A DNA stretch of 64,000 nucleotides, taken from Octopus bimaculoides. Taxonomy: Eukaryota. This document shows positions 39,505 through 50,313 of this stretch, one piece after another; the first letter of the stretch is position 1; the number at the start of each line of letters is the position of its first letter. The stretch is from NCBI RefSeq assembly GCF_001194135.2, contig NC_068995.1:31120070-31184069 (forward strand). Direction: 5' to 3'. A model generated the notes under the pieces. It made no database searches. It was not told the DNA's origin and saw nothing but the letters and a program-made list of their open reading frames with translations. The position numbers were made by a program, and so were the translations under genes.

Positions 39505-40632
39505 GTTAAGGCGATGAGCTGGCAGTATTTAGTCTGTCTTAACATTCTGAGTTCAAAATCTGTCAAGGTCAACTTTGCTTTTCATCCGTTCAGAGTTGAT
39601 AAATTAAGTACCAGTGGAGTACTGGGGTTGATGTAATCGATTAGTCCCTGCCCCGCCAAATTTCAGGCCTTGTACCTTTAGTAGAAAGGATTATTATTGT
39701 TGCTGTTAAGATGGCAAGCTGGCTGAATCATTAGCACAGCAGACAAAATGCTTAGCAGTGTTGCATTCATTTGAAAGTTCTGAGTTCAAATTCCACCAAG
39801 GTTGACTTTGCTTTTCATCCTTTTGAGGTCAATAAAATAAGTACCAGTTCAGTACTGGGGTCTATGTAATTGACTTACCCCACCATAAACTTGCTGGCCT
39901 TGCACCAAAATTTGAAATCATTATTATTATTATTATTACTATTGTGACTGTCGTTAAGACAGCAAGCTTAGCAGCATTTTGTCCATCTGTAAGTTCTGAG
40001 TTCAAATTCTGCCAAGGTTCACTTTGCGTTTTGTCCTTTCATGGTCAATAAAATAAGTACAAGTAAAATAAGATGGCAAGTTGGCAGAAATGTTAGCACG
40101 CCGGGCGAAATGCTTAGCGGTATTTCGTCTGTCTTTACATTCTGAGTTCAAATTCAGCCGAGGTTGACTTTGTCTTTCATCCTTTGGGGGTTGATTAAAT
40201 AAGTACCAGTTACGCACTGGGGTCGATGTAATCGACTTAATCCCTTTGTCTGTCCTTGTTTGTCCCCTCTATGTTTAGCCCCCCTGTAGGTAATAAAGAA
40301 AGAAATAAAATAAGTACAAGTTGATCACTAAGATCGATGTAATCAACTTAGCCCCTCCCCCAAAATTTCTGGCCTTGTGCCAAAATTTGAAACCGTCATT
40401 ATTACTATTATAAAGACTGTGAGCTGGCAGAATTGTTAGCATGGCAAGTAAAATGCTTAGTGGCTTTTGGTCCGTCTTTATGTTCTGAGTTCAAATTCTG
40501 CTGAGGTTGACTTTGCCTTTCATCCTTTTGGGGTCCCTAAAATAAGTACCAGTTGAGCACTGGGGTCGATGTAATCGACTAGTTCCCCTCTCCCAAATTT
40601 CAGGCCTTGTGCTTATAGTAGAAAGGATTATT
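39505..40632 (+). mobile_element. Head-to-tail and nested array of five SINE family B copies (one split by a nested copy)
   Basis: Starts aag(g/a)..agctggc at ~39507, 39708, 39956, 40070 and 40411; (ATT)n spacers; 18-bp duplication aataaaataagtacaagt at 40047-40064 and 40304-40321. Confidence 0.9.
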
Positions 40633-40699
40633 ATTATTATTATTATTACTATTGTTATCACATGTGGGATGAATCTAACTATCAGCTGAATCCCTCATG

Positions 40700-41165
40700 A
40701 GGATCCACTCATAGCCCACCTTTAACAAGGCAGGGCAGGCAGTGTTTCTCTGTCTGGTGACTATGGTGAAAGAGGCTGTGTGGTGGATGAGGCTGAAAAG
40801 TTTGAGGAAAGACACCTTCCTCTTTGGTCAAGCTCTCGTTGCCCTTTTTATGTTCCACTTGGAAAAGAAAGTGAGGGTGATGGGGGAAGTGTAACAACCT
40901 TCCAGGGAATTTGTGAAAAGATGGGTGACTATGGCAAAAATGGTTAGAGTGAACGGCCCTACTCTAAGTATGAGCCTGTAGATTGGAAAGTAGGAGAGCG
41001 GGCTCATACCTTTGAGGGTCAGGATAATCCTGGATCTGTGGAGTTCCTTGTTTGGATCTAGTTGGAGTTTCTCCTGTATCAGGAGAACTGCATCATTCAT
41101 GTTATGACATACTTTGTACACTATGCACACTTTTATCACATTTCACTGTCTTTTCCATTTTTTTC
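40700..41165 (+). mobile_element. Tx1/L1-like LINE 3' end
   Basis: AVFLCLVTMVKEAVWWMRLKSLRKDTFLFGQALV and EFVKRWVTMAKMVRVNG. Confidence 0.6.
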
Positions 41166-41289
41166 CCTCATCCTTTATGTAAATCCCCACACAAATTGTT
41201 GTCTGGCCTTGTAATGTCCCATTCATCTATGACTATGTGTCCAATAAAAGAAATTATTATTATTATTATCTCATGTGTGGATTGCTGCC

Positions 41290-41630
41290 AGAGTCGCCTG
41301 ACTAACTCTCCATGCTGGTGACATGTAAAAAGTACCATCCGAATGTGGTTGATGCTAGCCACACCACCCCGACTGGCTCCGGTTCCAGTGGCACGTAAAA
41401 ATCACCATCTGAATGTGGCCGATGCCAGTGCCGCTTGACTAGCTCCTGTGCCAGTGACAAGTAAAAAGCACCCACTACACTCTCAGAGTGGTTGGGGTTA
41501 GGAATGGCATACAGCTGTAGAAACATTGCCAGATCAGATTGGAGCCTAGTGCGGCCTCCTGGCTTGCCAGTCCCCAGTTAAACCGTCCAACCCATGCCAG
41601 CATGGAAAATGGATGTTAAATGATGATGAT
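41290..41630 (+). mobile_element. Family C, older copy
   Basis: Tandem gccagt..actggc units and the aacccatgccagcatggaaaatggatgttaaatgatgat tail. Confidence 0.8.
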
Positions 41631-41639
41631 TATTATTAT

Positions 41640-41820
41640 TATTAAGGCAGCAAGCTGGAAGAATGCATGTTGCGTTCTGAATTCAAATTCTGCCAAGGTC
41701 TACTTTGCCTTTCATCCTTTAAGGGCTGATAAATTAAGTACTAGTGAAACACTGGGGTCAATGTAATCAGTTAGTCCCTTCCCCCAAAATTTCAGGCCTT
41801 GTGTCTTTAGTAGAAAGGAT
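41640..41820 (+). mobile_element. SINE family B whose (ATT)n tail abuts an R4 LINE
   Basis: B core ending gtagaaaggattattattatt. Confidence 0.8.
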
Positions 41821-41830
41821 TATTATTATT

Positions 41831-42388
41831 TCATAAATGCTCAACAGATTAGACTGTTGGAAAAGAAAAATTCCTAACATCAGGCAACAAGTAACCTTAG
41901 ATACCAAGAATCTTCCGAAGTATCCTAGCTGTCCCTAATAACACTGTTTTCTGGAGCTGTACTAAACTGGGTTTTATGCCTATTTCCTCTATCCATTTGT
42001 TCAAATCTTTAGGAATAGTTCCTAATGCACCTATAACTACAGGGATACATTTTACCCACCTCTGTAACTCAATGGCTAGGTCCAGGTGCTTTGCTATTTT
42101 CTCTATACCTCTCATGTTGACTTTCTCATGTCAGTTATTTGGCACTTTCTCTTCTCTTTATCTACTATTACTAAATCAGGGCTTCTAGCTTCTATTACTC
42201 TATCAGTCTCAGTGTTAAAAATCCACAACATCTTATATTACTTACTTTCTAGTACTTTACTAGGTAAATGTTCATACCATTTATCAGGATGGTCAAATCC
42301 TAGCTTTCTACATAACTCCCAGGGGATTACTTTCCCTAGGTTGTCATGTCTTTTCTTGTATTCTTTCTGTACCAGCATGCTACATTTT
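41831..42388 (-). mobile_element. R4/Dong-like LINE 3' end (zinc knuckle remnant plus RLE endonuclease), 5'-truncated
   Basis: KEYKKRHDNLGKVIPWELCRKLG, RVIEARSPDLVIVDKE and DLAIELQRWVKCIPVVIGALGTIPKDL..QLQKTVLLGTARILRKILGI; flanked by (ATT)n on both sides. Confidence 0.88.
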
Positions 42389-42879
42389 ATTATCATTATT
42401 ATTATTGAGTGAGAGAGCAGTGCATGCCATCAAAGTGAAGCCCATTATATCCATCATGACCCACTGTCTGATAAAGGTACACTAGGCACATGCATCACAA
42501 CCATATGTGCGTGACAGGGTGATCTCATATCAAGATAAGCAGTGCATGACCTTCACATTAAGTAGCCCATCCCGTGCAAAAGGTCCTTGAATAAGTGTTG
42601 TTTAAGGATGTTGAACCCATGTTTTCAGAGGTGAGTTATTCAAACCCCAGAGAATTCCTCTTAACACATGGTTATGATGCGCCTTCACTACTTCTGCTTG
42701 TGATCAGAGATGCATATATCGTCAACTACAAAGAGACATGCTCAACTGACAAGTAAATCTGTAGCATTGAGCAGAATATTTGCTGCAGCCCATCTTTTTT
42801 ACTATTCGTCTCCTTATTATTAATATTCTATATTCACACAGCAGTAATGTTAATAATTTTGCCACCAAGCTGTCACCCA

Positions 42880-43150
42880 TACCCTCAGATATTTAACACA
42901 CATCTTTGGATTCTAGCTTTATATTATGTCACAGAGTTAATAGTTCTGTTAATAGTAGAAAGCTATGTGGTGATTTTCCCAACTCTACCTAGTGATCCTA
43001 TTATGACAAGAATTATTATTACTTCTCTGCAGTTCCTAAGCCATTTTAACTCCTACTTTAGATCCTGATATCTTTCTTTCTATTCATTTCCCTTTCATGT
43101 CTATTGTCATGCATGTTCTGGCATCTTTCTCTAGTATAACAATATTTGTT
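42880..43150 (-). mobile_element. Older R4/Dong-like 3' fragment
   Basis: Minus-strand VIIILVIIGSLGRVGK, matching the IPVVIGALG motif. Confidence 0.45.
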
Positions 43151-44150
43151 CTTCAGCAGACCAGTTCCTTACTCTATAGCTTTAATTGATCATTTTCAAC
43201 AAAGTTTGTTGGTCAGCCTATCACTCTGGTTGATGTATTTTACACAAATGCAATAGATTGACAATCATTACAGCATCAGACAATGTGTCTTAGAAAATTC
43301 TCTTTACATTCTGAGTTCAAATCCTGTCAAGATAACTTAGCATTTCATCCTTTTGGGGATTGATAACATGAAATACTAGGGTCAATGAAATCAACCACCC
43401 ATCTTCAGAAAGACTAGCCGTTTGCCAAAATTAAAAACGATCATCTTTTCATTGCTTCCTAACTTTTCCCAAACATGCACCATCCAAATACACTCTAGAC
43501 ATTACGCATCTAACTGGTGTTGATTCCATAAACAAGGACCTTATTTCTTTCAACAACAAAAAATCTCAAACCCAACTCACATCAAGAAAACACCCATTTA
43601 CTCCTCCTTAAATATGAGTGGCACTTATCTGCAGCCTTCTCACTTGCTCCATTGCTGGGCCACACTATCAGCAATGATCTCTCCAGATGAAAGCAAATCT
43701 TTATGGTAATTAGGACTGCATTCCAAAAACTGACCCTTCTCTTCAGAGATAGAAAATATTTCAGCTCCTAATGGCTGCTGCTGTTCTGCAAGGCTCAAAC
43801 GAGACCTGCAAAGAAATACTGCTCCCACATCTAAGATGGTACTGCTGTTATGCACATGGTATCCTAGACCACAGTCAAATGAGAAATACTTGGCTAAATG
43901 GGATTCACAAACGTGCTATCTTGTTTCACTGCCTTTTCTATCATTACTTGGGGCTGGTTGTTCTCACACCTCCAACATTCAGGCAACTCCAACCTACTTG
44001 TCTTTCCACCTCTTGTTACTCTTGGTGTATCCACCTCCCATAGCCTGAAACTAATCATCAGTCTATGAAGGCTTGCAAAGGTCATGAACACAACCCTTTT
44101 CTCTCAACTCATCGAATAGGAAAAAAAATAACAAAAAAAAAAAAATCAGA

Positions 44151-44157
44151 ACTTACT
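44151..44157 (-). promoter_or_regulatory. Candidate 5' splice donor of a first exon of a leftward gene
   Basis: Minus-strand ccacga|GTAAGT followed by a T-rich intron-like run; sits at the CpG-rich/CpG-poor boundary. Confidence 0.35.
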
Positions 44158-44332
44158 CGTGGCGGAGGTATACAACAAGGGATCGTTTTAAGTGGTCATT
44201 CGATAGACTAGAAATAGCAGTTATATCATCGCCTAGATGGAACAGTAGTCTGTTTTTGTTGTTTAGGCCCTGTTCAGCATTAATCCAGGTGATTATGATG
44301 GTGTTTTAGTAATGATTTAACTGCTATTTCTA

Positions 44333-44379
<47 letters not shown>

Positions 44380-45653
44380 CCATATATGGAATTCTTCGTA
44401 GGTTGTGATGACTGTCATTAGTTGTTTATAGCCCGCCAGCTTTTTATGCAGAAAACCTATTAACGACACGCCACCCATGTCCACCAGCCTCTTATTTAAA
44501 ATGTTTGTTATAGAGGAAGAAAGCTGCTATTTTAAGCATGTTCGTCCCCAGCAGTATACACACACACATACATACGAACTTGTCGCTTGTATTATGTTTA
44601 GCCCCAGATTAGCTCTGATCAAAGTAATTTTTCATCCATAGCTATCCCGTCTTTATTTTTCAGGCGGAGTTATAATCCGGATTATATTAGGCAACGCGTC
44701 CTTTAAAAAATATGCAGGTTGAAACACGAGGGCGCTTTTAGCTTCAGAAAGACAAGGCAGTCGTGTTTGAAAGGGAGGGGTGGTTCACAATTGGAACACT
44801 GTTGAAAAAGACGACATTTAGCAACGCCTCTATATTGTGTATTATTATTTGATGTTTAAACATGCAATTTCGAGAAAATCCTCAGAAATATTAAAATGAC
44901 ACATTTACAAAAGGAGGTGGGGAATAGTGAAATTTCGAAAAATAAACTTAGTTTCTGTATCGATGATATTGATCGGTGAAGAATCAATATTATTGATTAT
45001 TTAACGGAAATATTTTAATATTTCTGAGTCAATTTCTCAACAGTTATTAATTTTTCGATTACTCACTATAAAGTCTTGTATATTTTTTGTGTTTTAAATA
45101 AATTTCAAGACAATGTTAATTTAATCAAAAAGGCATGGTTATTCATAAGAAGAAGAAAAATTTCTTTCAGTTCTAAAAATTTATTTGTATTTTATTTTGA
45201 AGGAGAAATTTTTAAACTGAGTCAATAATTTAGTAGAAAGAGGAAAAATTAAAACAAAATTACTTACTAATGTCTTTAAAGTTAGATAGAATTGGTCATT
45301 GTTTTCTTCTGGTCATTGTTGGAACCAACGTCTTAATTGGTTATTTTCATTTCTTCATACAAGATAATTATCCCAAGCATTTTTGTCTTTTTCAATTTTA
45401 ATATGCTTACTTACATTTTAAAATATAAACGATAACGATACGAAGAGGATATCAGAGCTATATTGTTTCCTGTCCTCTTCCTCTTCCTATGAGAAAGGGT
45501 ATATTTTCGATGAAGAAAATTAGAAACATAACTGAAGCATTTACAGTTACTCAATTTCAAATTAATTTCCTTATTCCGCTGTCTAACTTCAAACCCTGTT
45601 TGGGGACACATTTGCCTTTCCTTTATTCCAGTAACATTCCAGTGAAGAACTAG

Positions 45654-45821
45654 TATCGGGACTTAGCAGTGAACTATTTCTTCCAACCTGTGGCGTTTGA
45701 GACGTTTGGAGGGACAGGGCCGCTAACAGTGAAGTACTTGTCATCGTTGGCAGCTCGCCTTACCGAGGTGTCAGATGATGCTCGTGAGGGTGCTTGGCTT
45801 TTCCAATGCCATCGCCCGTGA
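45654..45821 (+). mobile_element. CRE-clade non-LTR retrotransposon, RLE C-terminal fragment
   Basis: YRDLAVNYFFQPVAFETFGGTGPLTVKYLSSLAARLTEVSDDAREGAWLFQ matches the F.P.A.ET.G..G....L..L..RL....GD.RE..WL.Q tail of CRE-like elements. Confidence 0.75.
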
Positions 45822-46715
45822 GCGTACTGGCTTGCCTCAGTAGGTTCCGTTGGACCTTGTGGTGTGCGACCAATAGAAGCACTTCGTGCTGCATTGATGA
45901 TTTTTTCTTTCTTTTCTTTTTGCTGTTATTACTTTGTCTTTTGTAAAGTATATTCCTGTTCATATTTTGAATAAAAATTTCATTTATTCCTAGAAAAGTA
46001 TCCAGAAGGCGGTCTTTAATAGGAACCGGTTAGCGTTTACATTCAGGTCTTAGACATCACTATATCCCGCTCGAAAATTAAGATTTCTTGCTCAAGAAAT
46101 AAAGATTAAAGTATGTATTAGAGGAGTAATAGATTATTTCTAGATGTTTTTAAATTCACAGTTTGATTACAATTCTCGACTGGAAACAAAATTCCTTGCA
46201 TACGACTCTTATTTTCCGTATAACAACCAGAATTCATGCGTAATTCAGTAATTCATGCGTAATTCAGGCAGTGCATTGAAATAATTGTAGGCCGCTCCAA
46301 CAAAAATCACTTTAATTCCTATTGATTTGTGTGAAATCAATTTAAGGTTTAAGATTAATGCGATTTTCATAACTGATCCTCGTTGTTATATCAGTATAAT
46401 AGATTAGATATAAATTAAATTTGTTTATGAAAAAAAACCGATGGTAAAGAATTCAAGCCGCCCATCCTTGCCAAACACGGCAAAATTTTACATTTCAGAT
46501 TGTTTTTGTTAAATATTGTGTGGAATAAAATGAAAAATTATTTATTTTGCTAAAATTAAAAGAAAATTTGTGGTTGGCCTACACTTTATATTTAGCAACA
46601 TATTTTTAATGGGAAGAAAAAAAAAACATTAAAAGTATTACAAAATATCAAATTATCCACTTCCCCTAGAATTACCTCACCAAGGAACCAAAGAAAAAAG
46701 GGGTACTACTAAAGC

Positions 46716-46757
46716 AGCGCGGACCCGAACGCGCAGTCGCGCGTCCGCGCTAGCTAG
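46716..46757 (+). mobile_element. Helitron-like 3' terminus (GC hairpin plus CTAG before T)
   Basis: agcgcggac...gtccgcgct stem with inner gcgc/gcgc, then CTAG (46754-46757) followed by T. Confidence 0.55.
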
Positions 46758-46772
46758 TCTTGAGTGGTCGAT

Positions 46773-46829
46773 CCTAACCCTAACCCTAACCCGCGTGTGC
46801 AAATGAATACGTGTTTAGGGTTAGGGTTA
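46773..46829. repeat. Inverted telomeric repeats: (CCCTAA)3, 22-nt spacer, (TTAGGG)2.5, then gap
   Basis: Directly visible. Confidence 0.9.
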
Positions 46830-47015
46830 NNNNNNNNNNNNNNNNNNNNNNNNNNNNNNNNNNNNNNNNNNNNNNNNNNNNNNNNNNNNNNNNNNNNNNN
46901 NNNNNNNNNNNNNNNNNNNNNNNNNNNNNNNNNNNNNNNNNNNNNNNNNNNNNNNNNNNNNNNNNNNNNNNNNNNNNNNNNNNNNNNNNNNNNNNNNNNN
47001 NNNNNNNNNNNNNNN

Positions 47016-47186
47016 GAAATCAGGAGTGCGGAATCCGAGAATACCTGAGGTCTCCACGGCGACTGACACAAACTTATACCGGTCTGCCAGGGTCCTGTAT
47101 TTGTTCTTCTCCTCTGCGTTACGGACGACGATACCCGGGTTTGCAGCTGAGGCAGCATGGTTGGAACTAGAGAATGTGTCATGACA
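47016..47186 (-). mobile_element. Second CRE-clade RLE fragment, running into the gap
   Basis: 57 open codons CHDTFSSSNHAASAANPGIVVRNAEEKNKYRTLADRYKFVSVAVETSGILGFRTPDF (DT..S, AE..K..KY and F.PVAVET.G motifs). Confidence 0.75.
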
Positions 47187-47699
47187 GCCAGGGGTGACTC
47201 AAGGTATCGACAACTCTGGCAGACGCCCGGGGTGCGAAGTTTTTTCCCCACGAGAGTTCCAGACTCCCCATTTATGAACTCATTTGCATACAGCCAATCA
47301 GAGCTCAACTATCAAACTAGTAGTGTCCACTCTGGTTGAGTTCAGTGGAAATGTGCGTTATAGCAAAATCTAACTGTTCTAAACGGGTTAATAGGGGTGA
47401 CAAATGTGAAATTTAATGCATAGAGTGAATGGAGAGCTACTCATCGATGATGCCATAAGTGTTGCCAATTTACGTAATTTACTAGGAAATGTAAATGAGT
47501 GTAGTTTCCTAATTTTTTTACTAATTTTGTACATTCCTAATTTAAAATGTTGGTGTTTATCTGGAAACATTGTAATCAATATGGCGCTGTGTCGTACTGC
47601 ACCCTCCTTGCATATATCAATAGGTACATGCAGTATCACTAACCTCAGTCTGAACATAGGTACCTAATGTTAGCTCCATATAGAGATGGTGCTCAATTG

Positions 47700-48360
47700 A
47701 TCTATAAGAAGTACATATTTTTGGTATATCCCAGCTGCAGTCTTAGGAGAGGAATCACCTTTAAATCACCACAAATATCCCACTTATGAATTGAGTAATT
47801 AATTCCTTTCAGAATGAGTTCCATCGATTCATAGGTTTCTTCCATACCGACAACATAACCTACAGGAATAAAAGGATTTTCATTACCATTATGTAACAAC
47901 ACAGCTTTGAGGTTAACCCTACTCGAGTCTGTAAACAATCTCCATTCGTTAGTCACATGCTCGTGTCCTAGTTTTTGCACGAGTGCATTAACGTCAGTAG
48001 AAAAACAAGCATTATTTTCTTGCTTGAAAAAGACAAATAAGTCTTCATGGTGGAAACATTTTTCTGGAAAAAGTGAAATAACTCCAGCAATTCAGCCTGG
48101 AAAAGTATGTTATTGTGCCAAATTAAAAAATTTCTGATAAACTTTAATTTTTGAAATACTGGCTGCCAAACCAACTAGATCCGCAAATTTTGTAATACGG
48201 CCTATATCTAACTGAAAGTATAGTTATAATCTCACGCATGCGCATAACTCAAAATCATGAAGTGCTAAAAAAATTCTGAGTGCGGATTTCGAATAAGCAT
48301 CCTCGATTTAGTCTAAACCACATACTTTTACTACAGTAGCAAAATCTTTGCTGTCCATTG
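47700..48360 (-). mobile_element. DNA transposase remnant, Chapaev3/CMC-like
   Basis: EWRLFTDSSRVNLKAVLLHNGN..ETYESMELILKGINYSIHKWDICGDLKVI..LQLGYTK, a widespread invertebrate transposase motif; family name from memory. Confidence 0.7.
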
Positions 48361-49068
48361 ATAATTATTAATATGGCCATTTGTTAAGTTGTTTATAATA
48401 CTACTTCATTAGTTGTTAAAATATATAAATATACAACTTCGAGTTATTTGTAGATCTCCATTCTGTAAGATAGTTAGTTTTGTCTGTTACTGATTGCGAG
48501 AAAGACCGAGCAAAAGGAATGTATATAGGTAGAAACGATATGTGTTCTACCTTTGCATACATAGTGAGGATGTTTGCTTCTCGACCAGACGCCAAATGGT
48601 CGAAAGAGAGCAACTGTTATTTGCTTGTGCATTTATAATTTTGCTAATTTAATTAGGTCAAGTGAAAATAATAGGATTCTTCACTATATCAATTTTGGCC
48701 GATGAAAAGATCTAAGAGGTCAACCTATTTATATTACTCTTGTAGTGCAGAAGGGGAACTTTGTGGTTTGAAATACTGTCTCCAATTTTGTTCTAATTGT
48801 TTTCAAATTTAGTATATGGATTAAGTTTTGTATACTAATTATGAAAATGCGAACCATTTCCCCTATATATTTATACTTAAAAAGTTATTAGCCTTTAAAA
48901 TTTGCAAAATTTGGGTATTTTAGCCAATCAGAAGCGGGTATTTTACACATCACCATGAAATTTTGTTAGCAAAGAACTGCAGCGAAGCTTCTCTCCACGC
49001 TCAGTTATATATACATGAATCCGGATGTAGCAGATAACAGCTAGTCTTCGGCTGCATCTTTGGACCCT

Positions 49069-49885
49069 GTTGTGTCCACCACTCTGATTGGTTGGTATTG
49101 GCGCATTTTTGTCTGTTGTTCTATTTCGCGCCAGGGTGCAAAGCAACTAATCGCAGCCTTCTGATAAGGTCACGTGGAACAGTTTTCTGAACCCCTGTTT
49201 GAGCCGATTAATTCTCATAAATAGCTAGCTTGTCTGTGCTGAAGTTTGTCTCGGCTTTAGACCTTCTGAGGTCTAGCCGCTGACCACCAGCCAGTTCCAG
49301 CGACGACACGACACGACACGACACAGCTTCATGGAGATCCAACACCTTGCTGCAAACTCCATCTTCGACGCCACCAACAGCATCTACACCGACATCTCTA
49401 CGTACACACCACCAACAGCACTCGCACAGGTTCTCTCAACACTGTTTGTGTGAATTGCTTCACCACGAATAACAACGAGTATAACCTGAGAGACCTCCTG
49501 TACCAAGTAACCAGTCGCAGCATCGTAGCCTCAACTTCTCGGGCGACGTATCTTTTCTCCGGCTCTGCTATACGGCCACGACTTCTTGTACAGCACCTCA
49601 ACCACTGTGTACCATGGATACGAACTGGCATTTCTCATCCTTCTGTCTGGACTTTCTTCTAACGTCCTTATTATAGACTGTTTTCTATGCTCTGTATCTC
49701 TTGCATTCATATATTTATATATTTGTATACACACACTCTTTGTTTACACGACGGCCTGTCTTATATTGTGTTTTATTATGTCGCATTCACACTCACACAG
49801 ATATTCCAGTTGACAACCAATAAAACCTTACTTTTATACATTGTTACCGGTTCAGGCTCTCTCTTTTCTTGTTGGCACTTAACCA
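49069..49885 (+). mobile_element. Possible solo LTR
   Basis: Starts TGTTG; CCAAT-like motif, TATA-like cataaatag (~49216), (ACACG)n, AATAAA at ~49820; CpG-rich; no convincing CA end or TSD found. Confidence 0.3.
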
Positions 49886-50234
49886 ATTTTTACCTCATTC
49901 CATCTTTTGTTTTTATATTTGTGCCGATCGTGCGATGCGCTAAAGGAGCCATTCCTTCGTCACCATCTCCTGGACGAACACGGCGCACTTTTCGCTTCGC
50001 GAAATCATCGATCAGTTCAGAATAATCAAGCTGAGAGCTAAGTTCGTGTTCAATAGATGTCAGAGACAATCCACAAAGTCAGGTATACGTTCGTGGTACA
50101 ATGTAATCTTTTTACAAGAACTTTTGCAGGTACAATGTATTACCATTTTATTTCTTGAAAATTTCAGTTAACATAGATAGTTTAATTCTTGTTCAACATC
50201 TTAACCAAAGTAAATAGATGACTCATCTACGTAC

Positions 50235-50313
50235 TTTGATCTTAACATGGGGCCCCTCAACCGCGAAGGCCCCCTGTGACTGTAGGGTTTGCAGGGGCTC
50301 AGCGACGGCTCTG
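50235..50313 (-). mobile_element. Single end of a hAT/Tip100-like element
   Basis: Reverse complement cagagccgtcgctgagcccc...ggggccttcg..ggggcccc; the partner end was not found. Confidence 0.35.

Noticed and set aside
39505-40632. CRISPR-like repeat-spacer array
   Set aside because: Eukaryotic DNA; units are ~200-bp diverged SINEs with microsatellite spacers, and there are no cas genes.
43560-44060. Overlapping 70-90 aa ORFs as a host gene
   Set aside because: The frameshifted pattern resembles a decayed LINE ORF2 C-terminus; the clade could not be assigned.
46773-46829. Telomere-telomere fusion site
   Set aside because: The orientation is CCCTAA then TTAGGG; a fusion scar reads TTAGGG then CCCTAA. 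The tracts are also very short.
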